Below are positions 13,661 through 26,792 of a DNA stretch of 64,000 bases, one piece after another; positions within the stretch are counted from its first letter, which is position 1, and each line of letters opens with the position of its first letter. Source of the stretch: Psammoneis japonica (Eukaryota); assembly GCA_008632985.1 (NCBI GenBank), contig QPGO01000241.1, positions 1 through 64,000 of the forward strand, in the 5' to 3' direction. The notes under the pieces are model-generated. The model ran no database searches and had not been told where the DNA came from. It was given only the letters and a program-made list of their open reading frames with translations. The position numbers were made by a program, and so were the translations under genes.

Positions 13661-14009
13661 CTTCCACTTCTAAAGCCGGTCACAGGATGTTCCAGCAATT
13701 CAGAATCGTCAATATGAAAATCACAGACATTGTGGAGCTCGAACACAAAAGCACCGTGATGTTGATCGGGGAAATGGACGAATTCACAGAGTTGAGAGAG
13801 CAAATCTTACATGGCTTACATTGACATTATTTGATGCAATAAGATGCCCGTTCGGCACAACTGTCGCGAATCCCACTGTTCACACAACGCGACTGGAACT
13901 CAACCACCCAGTCGAAAACCACATCTATCCATTCTCTAACTCTTTTACAAAAAATGCTTTCAACGTTGCTTCAACAAAAAATGTGCTCTGTTTCAATCCA
14001 CTTCTGAGA

Positions 14010-15641
14010 CTAGTGGTTTCGAAACATTTCCGAACGGATTTCATCTTGGCTTAGACCTCTGTCATAGACGCGGACTGAGTCTAGGTAGCCCTTAAAGTAA
14101 CCATCACTAGCCGCTCGAGTCTCGCGATATCTTGAACCAATGTTCAACGGTGCCTGATTGGCACAATAGCCCTTAGAGGTCGGAATCGTGCCCTCGCCAG
14201 ATAAGTCTCCGTTGATGTAGATCTTCAATTCATTTTGGCTTTTAGTCCCAACAAGATGGGTCCATGTATGGGCAGGAATCTGTCTGGTGCTGTTGATGCT
14301 GAAAATGTTTTCAGACCTACAACCACCGAAGTAGCCACCCGCCCTTACAGCACCGGTCTCCTCTTGAATTACCATCCAAAAAGCACCTGCCTTCTGAAAG
14401 ATGTGGTGATTGCGATATTCAGCCGTGGCATTTTTATTTGTAATAACGGGAGTGTACCGCGCCCATGCCATCATGGAGTACTCATCCATGTTCAGATTCT
14501 TCGCTTGCTGAACGAGCATGTGGTCATCTTTGCCATCGAAATGGCCTGCAGTCTTGGAAAAGCCAACGCTGATGGACTGTGGATCACCATATCCTCGAGT
14601 TGCGTCCCACTCCGATTCTCCCGAGTCTGTGTACAGGCCCATACCCTTGCCCTTGACCAAAGCATCCTTGGTCCAAACAGCTCGTTGGTAGTTGCTGCCT
14701 AGGCCTGTTTGGGAGCCACATCTATATCCTCCAACAGTATTTTTCAGTGTGTGCCAACAGAGACGTTTGTTGTCAGCTGTACGGCGGTGGGTGTCGCACT
14801 GAAATTTTTTCACAGAAGATCCAGCGGGAGAGAATCCCATGCTCCAGTCATCGTTGAAATACCATTGAATGGCGCCATCCTTTGTTACGTTGTTCCTGTT
14901 ACCCCCACCTGTGTCAGTGAAAGCCAAATTTGTGTTTCCAAAGCCAACAAGCGTCCAAGAGTCAGAGCTCGTATCAGGGCGGCAACCATACATCACGTAG
15001 TCACCTCCACCGCAGGCAGCCACAATCTGCTCATCTACTTTGTTCAAAGCATCCTTATAAGTGCCCGAGTAGCACAGAGACCAGCCCTCGCTATCAATCT
15101 CAGACTGGTGCTTGTTTTCGGCAATGCCAGAAACAAAACTATCGAACTTGTACTCAAGGATTGGTCCATCACATGGTTTAAAACTAGGGAGACGGAATGA
15201 TTTCGTGGAGAGCTTCACACGGTTCTTGCCAGCATAAATGGGGGTGTCATCGGGTGAGTTAATAGTCAAGCATGCGCCCCCTTTCTTCAAAGCAAAGTCA
15301 AAACCATCCACGTCACGTTTTCCCACGGAAAGGGTGAAATTCGGAGGATTGAGCTCGTCGTCTTCTTTTTCCAGGAGCGGGGATTTCTTCCTGTGCCTGA
15401 CGCCATTCGCTTTATCCGCCACCAATGTGCCAGTGATTGTTGCGGCGTTTCCACCCGCAACAGCACGCAGACTCCAGTTGTCGGAAAAGCACTTCCTAAC
15501 AAGAAAGATGCCATTGTCCTTTCTCTTATTCAGATTTCCAACATCACCGCATTCTGGTACTACTACATCAGTGGAAATGACAAATGGGAACTTCATCCAA
15601 ACCGATGAAAGGACTAGAATGCTGTGGTAAAGGGCTTTCAT
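14010..15641 (-). CDS. Putative secreted protein with a Cys-rich central domain and C-terminal LamG/concanavalin-A-like domain (ORF extends to 15749)
   Basis: Intact ORF. Signal-like N-terminus MKALYHSILVLSSVW. LamG_3 signature HFDGKDD...SMMAWA...WTHLVGT...LKIYING...LNIG...FKGYLDSVRVYDRGLSQDEI. Confidence 0.85.
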   Translation of the reverse strand: MKALYHSILVLSSVWMKFPFVISTDVVVPECGDVGNLNKRKDNGIFLVRKCFSDNWSLRAVAGGNAATITGTLVADKANGVRHRKKSPLLEKEDDELNPPNFTLSVGKRDVDGFDFALKKGGACLTINSPDDTPIYAGKNRVKLSTKSFRLPSFKPCDGPILEYKFDSFVSGIAENKHQSEIDSEGWSLCYSGTYKDALNKVDEQIVAACGGGDYVMYGCRPDTSSDSWTLVGFGNTNLAFTDTGGGNRNNVTKDGAIQWYFNDDWSMGFSPAGSSVKKFQCDTHRRTADNKRLCWHTLKNTVGGYRCGSQTGLGSNYQRAVWTKDALVKGKGMGLYTDSGESEWDATRGYGDPQSISVGFSKTAGHFDGKDDHMLVQQAKNLNMDEYSMMAWARYTPVITNKNATAEYRNHHIFQKAGAFWMVIQEETGAVRAGGYFGGCRSENIFSINSTRQIPAHTWTHLVGTKSQNELKIYINGDLSGEGTIPTSKGYCANQAPLNIGSRYRETRAASDGYFKGYLDSVRVYDRGLSQDEIRSEMFRNH

Positions 15642-16515
15642 CTTGACTTTCAGTTTCACAATCGAGACGATTAAGCTTTTTTGCGACAAGAAGGTTCTCT
15701 TCTTGACCATGCCTCTACTCTCTAATCTGGTTCGCGGATTCCGAAACATTTATGAATGGTGAAACTTAGCATGATTCTTTTTGTTCTTTCCTCCCACCCA
15801 AACTGCAGGTACGGTACAGTTAGTAATGCAGGGTATCGCGTTTTCTCCGCTTTTGGCCATCGGCATCTTCAATGCGAGAGGTCGCGAGTCGCGAGCAAGT
15901 GAGTCTTGGTCCGTGTCGTGCGGACTGTCTGTGGCACGTCGTAGATAAAGCGAAAATGCCAGTTAGATTCAATGAATGTTCTTGCTCTAGAGTGGCTACA
16001 GCAGCAGCTGCTCTAGCCAGTCAAATTTGTTGGCGTCTTGGTGAGTCCCGGGTCACAGCCGTTGCTTTTTTCTTGGAAAACGCAACAAAGAGGCAGACAA
16101 AAGCAGGAGGCCTTCAAACATTTGATGCATCTGACACATGTTCATTCCCCAACTGAAAGAGTGCTCCAGAATGAGACCTTTGCCTTGGCTCCAACAGGGT
16201 CAGGAACCGCGGAGATTGACGCTGTGCACTCAATCAACAAAAACAATGGGGGATTTGTCCACAAAGGTGGTGACAACTTGGCTTTCAGCAACAGGCAGCC
16301 ACAACGTTGCCACTTTTGAATTCGAGTTTGAATCCTTTTTACATCAATCAGCAAAATGAGCACAGTGCAATGGATTTGCTTTGACGTGAGAAACTGCAAT
16401 GTGGGCCCCATGTCAAAGCTGCCCAACACCAAAACTGATTGTGTGGGAGAGGCAAGATTGTGGCAGAAGGGGGGAGAGGAGAAACATTTTTTAATGCTGC
16501 AAGTGTGGCAGGCAG

Positions 16516-17350
16516 TTGACAGACCTCAGTGCCTCTCTCCTCAACAACGCCATCCTCATTCTCACCACTTTCTGTCAAAGCATCATGTTCATTGTCTGGT
16601 GTTGCAAGACATTTGTTCAAAGCAAGTGACTGCACTGCAGCATCAACATTTCCCAGCACAAACAAACCCCAATCAGGTTTGTCAAATGTCCTGCCAGCTG
16701 GCACACTGACAAACCCAAATTTTTGATGCAGTTTCACAGTGGCAACATGTGAATGCCCACCTGCCACATGAAGCATGGCTCAATTGTTGTTCAAAGAACA
16801 AGCTTCATAGAGCAAACAGGCAAGAAGCAGAGAGCCATGCCCGTTTCCCCAAAATGGCTGCTTCGCTGCCAAGAGCTCAATCTTAACCCACCAATGGACA
16901 AGACCATTGACTGCATCTTGTCTGTTGAGATCTTGCCTGTTTGGTGCTTTTCCTCTTGGCAAACTTGCGGTGTCATTGCTTGGAGATGCTTGGCACAACC
17001 AATGCAAGGGTTGCTCTTTCATGGATGCCAAATGCACACACAAAGCCTCAAAGTTGACCCAACTTTTCATTTCATCATCTGGCACCTCGCGCCAAAATGC
17101 CAACCCCACAATTTCATTGTTTTCCTGGTTTTAGAGCATCAAAAAATGCAGCATGCCTTCACAGTTGTCCTCCACAAAGGCTTCAAATGATGTCCTTTCC
17201 ACGTCAATCAACAGCGCATTTCCTTGACAAAATGACTCGGCAGCATCAAGCACATCCGCGGCTGACATTGGAGTCTCCAAAACACAGGACAAGTGGTGGC
17301 ATTGAGACACCTTGGCTGGCCAATCAATGATGACAACTGCTCTGCTGCCA
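16516..17350 (-). pseudogene. Decayed copy of the GNAT gene
   Basis: Colinear with 3769-4690. GNGYG->GNGHG and KLYQKF->KLHQKF. Stop TAA->CAA, an internal deletion and frameshifts. Confidence 0.9.
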
Positions 17351-18207
17351 TTTTGCAGTGCAGTGCTGTCCTTTCACACAACAACCATTCTCAGGAGTGC
17401 TGCACACACACATTGAGTGATGTCCATCATTGCCCCTGTCAGCCAAATGGGCTGTGTGCCTTGAGCGCCAATCATCCACTGCAGCAGGAGACTGGGCACC
17501 AGGTTTGTGCACACTTTTGCTGCTGATTGGGTGTGAACTCCACCCAAGCATCTGCAGGGTAACAACCAAGAGGGTTTTTGGACACATCATGCACCAAACC
17601 CCACCGATTGCTGCGTGCCAGCTCCTGGGACACTCTTGGACCTCCTTTGAGCATTGTTTTGCATCAATGGCATGAGCAGTGCCAAGCTCCTTTGAGCAAG
17701 CTCATCACAGAGATGAGGGTGATGACTCAGCTCTTGTGATTTTGCAAGCACATGGGATTGAGGAGCTGGCAGAGAGAGTGCAGTGTTCAGCACAATGCCT
17801 GTGCTGCAGCCATTGGCTGTGTGCAACCCATGTGATGTGTGGACAACACTTTGACAGCTTTGGTCTTGTCATCTCTTGTGCTGCCCTTGCAACAACCATC
17901 CTTGTCTCCTTGCACAAGGCACCAACCACACCATGGTTTCTGACAATGACAACTTGGGGCACAACTTGTTCTGTGCCAGTGGTGCCCAACAGCAACTTTG
18001 ATGCAAAGGTGATGCTGTGCATGTTGCAAGCTCATGTGACTGGCTGACAAATTTTGGGTGGCAGCAAGCAAGAACTCAACCCCAAGAATGACTTCTTTTG
18101 TCCACCAGCCAACACCGCTGCAAAGAGAGGTTCCACACCCAAAAGTCTTTTGTGAGACTCTCTCATGAAGATGACAACATGTGAAACTTTTGAAGAAGGA
18201 TCTTTTT

Positions 18208-18224
18208 GAGAGCCAGAGCCAGAG

Positions 18225-18269
<45 letters not shown>
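18208..18269. repeat. (GAGCCA)3 followed by a (GA)n microsatellite
   Basis: Directly visible in the sequence. Confidence 0.9.
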
Positions 18270-18271
<2 letters not shown>

Positions 18272-21059
18272 TCTCTGGAGTTGAGAAAGAGTGCTAGAAA
18301 CAAGCTTTTTGGTCAATGATGCCACCTGCTGGACTCTGCCTGAAAAGCTGCAAAGGGAAATGGTCAGGTTGTGGCAACTCAGCCAAATCCCCAAAAGCGA
18401 ACGAGGATGAGCCCCTGCGCTGAACCCCACCAAGCAACCACACCACCATGTTGATGGTGTCAACAAAGCAAACCTTGGCATGATGCCATACAACCAGCTG
18501 CTCTCGTGTGCCAGATCTGGGCTCTTGTTGTGGTTGCACCCACACTTGATTTCAGCCAAGTTTGCAGATGGCTCCTCTTCCCACCAATGCAGTTTTTGGG
18601 TGTCCCGCTCCAGTCTCTTAATTTGACACAAGGCCAGTTTTCAAAGTCATTCCTTAAACACTGCTTCTACAAACACACTGCTCGCATGTTTCAACCATTT
18701 CATTTCTTGGATCATCTCTAAAAATGGCAATTTTACTTTCCTTGAGAATGCAAGAGAGACAGTGGTGGACGATTGCTGTTTGCTTTTGATGCTGACATGA
18801 ATGCAACGGCTTCAGTTGCATGTTCAGCATTTCATCTGTCAAAGGATTTGCAAGGCCGACGCATGTGTGTCAACAACGCTGCAGCATGTGCAAACAAAAA
18901 GGACCATCATCCGGACACAAAAAGTGGCAGGAGACGTCCGTTGCAATTGTTCCTTGTGCACCGTGGGTCATCACATGTGGAATGATCGCAAGGTCATCTC
19001 TCCTTCTAATGTACAGAAGAATGTTCTGATGAACAAACTACATGCATTGAACAACAACAGTTGAGGGAAGACGCAGACGCACCCACACAGAGCAATTTCT
19101 CTCAAGCAATTGCTCTCTGACCTGCCACACATGTTCTCAACGCGACAGTGTAGCTCATCAGCCATCTTTTCACAAAATGGTAAGAAAAGCTCTGCCTCCT
19201 GTCGCTTTACGCGGACAAGCAGGAAAAGCAGAATGAAACAAATTGTCTTTCTTTCAAGCCAACGCTTCAGCTGACATCTGGATCGTCGAGTGACGACTCA
19301 CTCGTTGTTCTTGAACTTGTCACTGTCCTCATGCACTTTTCCCTTTTCTTCTTCTTTTCCCCCAGCAGTCAACTTCTTGCCCCGCTGCTTCTCACGATGC
19401 TTCTTCACTTCTCTCGTTTTGTCTTGAGTCACCTGATCCACCCTTTGCTTTGACGATTTCGAATCATCCATCTTTTGTGTTGGGCCCATCATAGAAGTGT
19501 GTTTGGCTGGGCACTGACACTTGGGGCCGCAGACAGATCGCTTCTTGTTGAGCTTGTCTTTTTCGTCGTCCCACTTGTTGCAGTTGCTGCACAAGTGGCA
19601 GCCTTGATCTCGAAACTTGACATGACGCAATTGCCCACAATCACTGCACGCAATGGGATCCTTCTTGTCCCGTCTGTGAACGGTGCGGCTTGTGACGGTT
19701 GGTTGACAAAAGCCTCGTGTCCTCACAGCACGTGGACGTTGGGGCTGAGCCTTGACTTCGGGGGGAGTGGCCATGCTGCAGAGCCGCAGGGGTGGGGGTC
19801 GCCAGTCACCATTGCCTGTTGCCTGCAGCAGCGATTTTGCAGAAAAGATGTCCCATTTTAGTCCGATTGTTCAAAGATGCGGTCAATCTGGCCGTCGGTT
19901 TCGGGTGGCGCGATCACTTTTTCCCGAACTTTTTTTAAGACGAGCTCATGCGTGCTCTCTCTGCTCTCTGCATGGCTCTAGAGAGCAGAGCTGCAATGCC
20001 GCAGCTCTAGCTTAGAGGGCCTGGCCACTTCTATGATAGAGCTCTCTACCGGCAGCTGGCAGCAGAGTTTGCTGCTGCCACATCGCGCACTCTCGTTTGC
20101 TTTGTGCTTTGTGGAGTGGTTGTCACATGTGTGTTTGGAGTTGTCAGTGCAAGTTGTCATCTCCAACAGAAGCTGCAACACATTTGATTTGATGCAGAGC
20201 CAATTTGTGTTCCACAAAAAAGCAAAAGCAACACTTGAGTGCATCACAACCCAGCATGTGTGACTGTCTTGACTTTTCACTCATTTGCACCTCGCTTTTG
20301 TTTTCATCATTGCAGGCTCTGTTTTAGAGTTTGAGTTGGAAGAAACAGTGAGTCAGTGCATGAGTGACTCACCCCATGTTCTTGCCAACACAATGTTGCT
20401 CCATTGTGCTGACACAATGGCACATGTGAGAGTGGAGCCATTGTTGCCAGCATGTGTGGCCCAGCATGCTCAAATGTGAGAAACCACCGATGCAAAGGCT
20501 GTGCTTTTTTGACACAGGAAAATGATGACATTCTGGGCCACACAGATTCAGGCTTTGACACAGACAACTCTCAACTGAAATTCTTCTCCAACTTCAATGT
20601 TGGGTGCCACACCCTTGACAATGCTCAAGCTGCCCCCACCTGCAGCACCTTGGCACCACATTTGCGTTCCTTGAACAAGCGTTGTGCAATGAGTGCTGCA
20701 GGGTGTTCATCCAAACAAGTGACATGAACCTTCTTGCCACCACCAGCGACATGATTGGCTTTTTGTTCAATGCAGTGCTCATTTGGATCCTCACAAAATC
20801 TGACAGTGCATGGCCTGTGAGATTCCCATGTCTCCAACACCCTCCAGCAGGACATGTGCAGTTCTGTCCTGATGTGTGGACTTGCTTGCTCCACTCTGCA
20901 ATGATGATCAATGGCATCACTGCTGCTGCTTCTCACACATTTTTTCACTGCCCCAGGGGTCCTTTGCCCAGCCATTCACCAAGTGGCCTGCGGCTGAGTC
21001 TCTGGCTGCATCAGAGCAAACTTGACAAACTCTGGATCTTGACTGACTGGAGTGCAGAA

Positions 21060-21947
21060 TGGCACATCAATGTTGCAAGGATTTGGAGGATGCCAAGCTC
21101 AACATTGCAGTTGAAAGGGACATGCAAAACTTTCTTTGGTGTGAACATTGATTGCTGGATGGTCCATTTGACTCAATCACCACATCTGACTGCCCAGTTT
21201 CTGAAAGACCTGCAAATGGGCATGCCAGTGCTGTTGCCAAGAAAATTGTGGCTGCATGTTCTGCACTCCTCTCAAGACACTCTGGCTCAGCTCTGCTTGA
21301 TCAGCCCTTCAACTTTCACTCTCTTTCATTGGAGAACTGAGTTGCTTGGAAAAGTGCACCCAGAGCAACATTGCCTGCATCACTTGTTGCAACCCAGGAC
21401 AAGAGAGCTGCTCTCGAAGTGGGGAAAGGAGGGGATCTTGAAGTGTGCACAGATGCCAATTTCAGCAGCAGCTGGGATCCCAAGGAGGCAACATGTGATC
21501 ATGACACTGCTCGCCCTTGTCACAGTCACATCAGCATTGCCTGTGCTGGTCACCCAACTCTGCACAAGTTGCAACTGCAAGCCAAGGTTGCTCTGTCAAT
21601 CACTGAAAGTGAGCACACAGACAGAACTGTCTCATGTCCTTTGGGAGGCAACTCCTCATGCCCGGCTGCTGAAGGAGCTGAAGGCCTGAGGGCTCCCAGT
21701 TCAAATGGCAAAACCCAGGGTTTGCCACAAGGTGTTCAAGGACAATGTCAGTGAGCTGGAAATGGCAAAGGTTCAACCACGCACCAAGAACCTCAATGCT
21801 GAGTTGCGCCACTTTCAGGATCATGTGAGTCATGGTGAGATGTTGATCCACCCCATGGACTCCAAGGGGCAATTGGCTGATTGCTTGACAAAGCCAGCAA
21901 ATGATGAGAAAACACTTGCCAGACTCAGGAATTTAGTCATGGGTTAG
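21060..21947 (+). mobile_element. Decayed copia RT-end/RNase H fragment (same family as 11960-13660)
   Basis: Aligns with 12860-13650. LEVCTDANFSSSWD, VALSITESEH, HFQDHV..GEMLIHPMDSKGQLADCLTKP. Confidence 0.82.
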
Positions 21948-23647
21948 CAAAAGGGAAGCATCAAGCTGCTTTTAATGACACATGAGACCTGTTCTCCACT
22001 GGCATTTCTGCTGAGTCCCAAATGCATTGTTTGAAAGCAAACAAATCATTTCTCACCATCAGCTGCCCACCTGCAGCCCCTGCATGTGTTTCTGCACACA
22101 ATCTCACACTGGTGTTGCCCTTTTCAGATGGTGTTTCACTGGGTCCCCCCCAACACCCTTTTGCCCCCTTCCACCATTGACACACCCTCATTTCACGGGC
22201 GCCACCATGACAATTTTCAGTCAAAAACTGCTGGCATCAATGCCTTGCAGTTGGCGTGCTTGTCATCTCATGGCTGGATCCAGTGCAAATTCTAGGTCCA
22301 TCCATGCCCGTCAGCCTTCAACAATTTCTTTTGTTCCCACTGGCTGCTCAAGTTCTTCACCTCATGTGGTGACAGCACTGTCCTTGTTGCAGCACTTGTG
22401 AGTGTTCATTGATCATTCATTCACTGTGTGGATTGGCATTTCTGTGCAAGATTTGGCATCAATTCTGTGTGAAAAAAAAATGTCTCTTTTGACGTCCTTC
22501 TCATCCTGTCACCAAGGCTCCCTGTTTCATGCCTGCAAGTCACAACATCTCCTTTTCTGCTCACTGGCCTGTCAAGATCACTGCTCTGAGCAGCGAACTG
22601 TTCACTTTTGTTCCGGCACATGCAAGTGTGAAACTCAGCCACTCTTTGTTGAAGACAAGACCCATCCTTGGAAGCAAGGTTTTTCTCCCAGAGTTTGCGC
22701 TGACTTTGAATCCTCTGCTTGGCACAATTGTCCTTTGCTGTGACAGTTTGGGTGCTTTGCATCCTCTCTGAAAGAAAGCAACATCCTTGTTCTTGTGCAA
22801 TTTCTCCTTGACCTGTTGTCTCTGGTGCACATTGCTGCAAAGTGGCACATTGACCAGCTGATTGCATGAACTTCTGCCACACCCCTGGCAGGGTGTGCTG
22901 GAAGTGTGGGTCAGCAGGCCCCGGTGTTGCTGGGCAAAGGTGTGACAACACTTAAAATCAGGTTTGAGTTTTTTAAGCAAACACATCAGCACACACTCAC
23001 ACTTGCACAGAGCTGGGATCATTTTTCAGAGGTTGCATGACAGCAATCAGACGATGTTGGAAAAGTCTGTCAATGATGATGGTTTGTTGTAAAAGATGTT
23101 GAGAGACTGGTGCTTGTGCAATGATCATTTGTTTGAAAAGAGATGACATCAGATTGATGTTGAGTCATGACAAATTGACTCATGTCATTTGACTCAGTCA
23201 TTGCCACATTGTGTTGTTGCACATGATTCCACTTGGTCCATGCCACTCACCTGCATCTTGCAATGCAGAGAGAATGATGAGAGCAACTTTGATTGGAAAA
23301 AAGTCATTGCCCAACTTTGTTCTCTTTTTGGCCATGTTCTCCACAAAACTTTGACTGGGAAAACTGTGGAAAACTGCCCATGCAAAAGATGGGTGTCCAG
23401 GTCAGTGCTAACACAAAAGCTGTTGCTGATGAGAAACCCCACCAAGTTTGGGATGACAAAGAGGAGAGAATCCCTGATGTGCCCACATCTAACCAAGCTC
23501 TGATGGGACACTCACTCCACAGTCCATCTGTCACTCAAAACATTCTTTTCTGCTTGAATGTGCGGTCAGCCACTTGCGATGGAGCTTCAATCCAAGCTTA
23601 AGAAGCTTGATTTGAATGACTCAATGTCATTGGACACATCGAAGCTT

Positions 23648-23933
23648 GGGCCTTTAGCGGCACTTCTAAAGCTGTTGCTGGTAACAGGATGTTCCAGCAA
23701 ATTAAGAATCGTCGACATGAAAATCAAGGACATTGTCGAGCTCGAACACAAGCACCTTGATTTTGATCGGGAAAAATGGACGAATTCACAGGGCCTTTAG
23801 CGGCACTTCTAAAGCTGTTGCCGGTAACAGGATGTTCCAGCAAATTAAGAATCGTCGACATGAAAATCAAGGACATTGTCGAGCTCGAACACAAGCACCT
23901 TGATTTTGATCGGGAAAAATGGACGAATTCACA
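23648..23933. repeat. 143-bp direct tandem duplication downstream of LamG copy 3
   Basis: gggcctttagcggcac...gaattcaca at 23648-23790 and 23791-23933, differing at one CG/TG site. Confidence 0.9.
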
Positions 23934-24179
23934 GAGTTGAGTGAGCAAATTTTACACGATTTACGTTGACATTATTTGATGCAACACCAAGGAAAATTAG
24001 GAATCAAGGTGCCCATTCGGCACAACTGTCACGAGCGAATCCCACTGTTCACACAACACGAATGAAACTCAACCATCCAGTCAAAAACCATGTCCATCCG
24101 TTCTCTCACTCTTTTAAATCATTCTTTCAAATTGGTTGGTTCAACAACAAATTTGCTCTGTTTCAATCCACTTCTGAGA

Positions 24180-25817
24180 CTAGCGGTTCCGAAACATTTC
24201 CGAACGGATTTCATCTTGGCTTAGACCTCTGTCATAGACGCGGACAGAGTCTAGGTAGCCATTAAAGTAACCATCACTAGCCGCTCGAGTCTCGCGATAT
24301 CTTGAACCAATGTTCAACGGTGCCTGATTGGCACAAAAGCCCTCAGAGGTCGGAATCGTGCTCTCGCCAGATAGCTCTCCATTGATGTAGATCTTCAATT
24401 CATTTCGGCTTTTAGTCACAACAAGATGGGTCCACGTATGGGCTGGAATCTGTCTCGTGCTGTCGATGCTGAAAATGTTATCAGACTTACAACCACCGAA
24501 GTAGCCCCCCGCCCTTACAATGCCGGTCTCCTCTTGAATTACCATCCAAAAAGCACCTGCCTTCTGAAAGATGTGGTGATTGCGGTATTCGGCCGTTGCA
24601 TTTTTATTTGTAATAACGGGAGTGTACCGAGCCCATGCCATCATGGAGTACTCATCCATGTTCAGATTCTTTGCTTGCTGAACGAGCATGTGGTCATCCT
24701 TGCCATCGAAATGACCTGCACTCTTGGAAAAGCCAACACTGTTGGACTGTGGATCACCATATCCTCGAGTTGCGTCCCACTCGAATTCTCCTGAGTCTGT
24801 GTACAGGCCCATACCCTTGCCCTTGACTAAAGCATCCTTGGTCCAAACAGCTCGTTGGTAGTTTTTGTTGCTATTCAGGTCTATTGTGGAGCCACATCTC
24901 CATCCACCACTGTTCCCCTTCGTGTGCCAACAGAGACGTTTATTATTTGCAACTTTGAGGTTGGTGTCGCATGACATCTTACGCACAGAAGATCCAGCGG
25001 GAGAGAATCCCATGCTCCAGGCATCGTTGAAATACCACTGAATGGCGCCATCCTTTGTTACTTTGTTATTATTACCCTTGCCGGTGTTAGTGAAAGCCAA
25101 ATTTGTGTTTCCAAATCCAACAAGCGTCCAAGAATCAGAGCTCGTTTCAGGGCGGCAACCATACATCACGTAGTCACCTCCACCGCAAGCTGCCACGATC
25201 TGATCATCAACTTCATTCAAAGCATCACTGTAAATGCCTGAGTAGCACAGAGTCCAGCCCTCACTATCAATCTCAGACTGGTACTTCTCTTCGGCAATAC
25301 CAGGGACAAAATGATCAAAGGTGTATTCAAGGATTGGTCCATCACATGGTTTGAAACTGGGGAGACGGAATGATTTCGTGGAAAGCTTCACACGGTTCTT
25401 GCCAATAAAAATGGGGGTGTCATCCGGTGAGTTAATAGACATGCATGCGCCTCCTTTCTTCAAAGCAAAGTCAAACCCATCCACGTCACGTTTTCCCACG
25501 GCAAGGGTGAAATTCGGAGGGTTGAGCTCGTCGTCTTCCTTTTCAAGGAGCGGGGATTTCTTGCTGTGTCTGACGCCATTGGCTTTATCCGCTACCAATG
25601 TGCCAGTGATTAGTGCTGTGTTTCCACCAGCAACAGCACGCAGACTCCAGTTATCGGAAAAGCACTTCCTAACAAGAAAGATGCCGTTGTCTTTCCTCTT
25701 ATTCAGATTGCCAACATCACCGCATTCTGGTACTGCATCAGTGGAAATGACAAATGGTGACTTCATCCAAACCGATGAAAGGACTACCGGTAGAATGCTG
25801 TGGTAAGTGGCTTTCAT
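24180..25817 (-). CDS. Secreted LamG-domain protein, paralog of 14010-15641
   Basis: Intact ORF with the same architecture. ATG of MKATYHSIL at 25817. Confidence 0.85.
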   Translation of the reverse strand: MKATYHSILPVVLSSVWMKSPFVISTDAVPECGDVGNLNKRKDNGIFLVRKCFSDNWSLRAVAGGNTALITGTLVADKANGVRHSKKSPLLEKEDDELNPPNFTLAVGKRDVDGFDFALKKGGACMSINSPDDTPIFIGKNRVKLSTKSFRLPSFKPCDGPILEYTFDHFVPGIAEEKYQSEIDSEGWTLCYSGIYSDALNEVDDQIVAACGGGDYVMYGCRPETSSDSWTLVGFGNTNLAFTNTGKGNNNKVTKDGAIQWYFNDAWSMGFSPAGSSVRKMSCDTNLKVANNKRLCWHTKGNSGGWRCGSTIDLNSNKNYQRAVWTKDALVKGKGMGLYTDSGEFEWDATRGYGDPQSNSVGFSKSAGHFDGKDDHMLVQQAKNLNMDEYSMMAWARYTPVITNKNATAEYRNHHIFQKAGAFWMVIQEETGIVRAGGYFGGCKSDNIFSIDSTRQIPAHTWTHLVVTKSRNELKIYINGELSGESTIPTSEGFCANQAPLNIGSRYRETRAASDGYFNGYLDSVRVYDRGLSQDEIRSEMFRNR

Positions 25818-26792
25818 CTTGACTTTCAGTTTCACAATCGAGACGATTAAGCTTTGACTGTGACAAGAAGGCTCTTTTCTCGACCAAGCCTCTATCTACT
25901 CTCTAGTCTGGTTCGAGGATTCCGAAACATTTATGAATGGTGCAACTTAGCATGATTCTTTTTGTTCTTTCCTCCCATCCAAACTGCAGGTTATGCAGGG
26001 TATCGCATTTTCTCCGCTTTTGCTGCCATCGGCATGTTGCGACCGCGTGCGCGTGCGAGTAAAAAAATCCGAGTACTGCTGTTCTACCGGCCGCCCGGTA
26101 GCAGTAGAGTGGAGTGGTCTGTGTTTGGTCAGTGTGTGGAACGTGTGGGGAGCACAGGAGGAGAAGCCTGATTGGCTTGTGCAATGTTGTCTAATCACAG
26201 GAATGACAACGTAGAAACGAGTGCATCGACAAGACAAAGTGTTGCGGCACAGGCTGTGACACTACATCAGCATTTGTTCACTTTGTCAGAGCCACGGTCT
26301 GTTGTTGAGCATCCGAGTGCAATGAAATCGTCATCACGCGGGCATGAAACAAAACGACACGCGCAGTCGTTCGTTGCTGTGCAGAACCACATGGGTGTCA
26401 GCCACAGAAACAGCACTGGGTTCTGCGTGTGCATGTCATGCAATGTCAGATTTTGTGATGAATGCAAGCCGACCATGAGAATCACCACGGCTGAAATGGC
26501 ACCACACCTGCGAATCAACAGTTTTTTGGACATGTGTGACAGGCATCAAACTGAGCAGTGTGGGGTGGCATGCACAGAGCGTGTGCTCATTCAGACAAAA
26601 TGGCATGGGGTGGCCTCTTGTTGCCAGTTGACTGCATGGACCTGTTGCCATGGCACTCGCAGAGCATTCAGTCTCCTGTTCGCACCCATTGTGGGACGAG
26701 TCTCACAGTCACTGCAACTTGAGATTGTCTTCATGACACAGGAGGCATGGCAGCAGCAGCAGCAGCTCAAGGTTTGGCAGCATGAGCCATGT

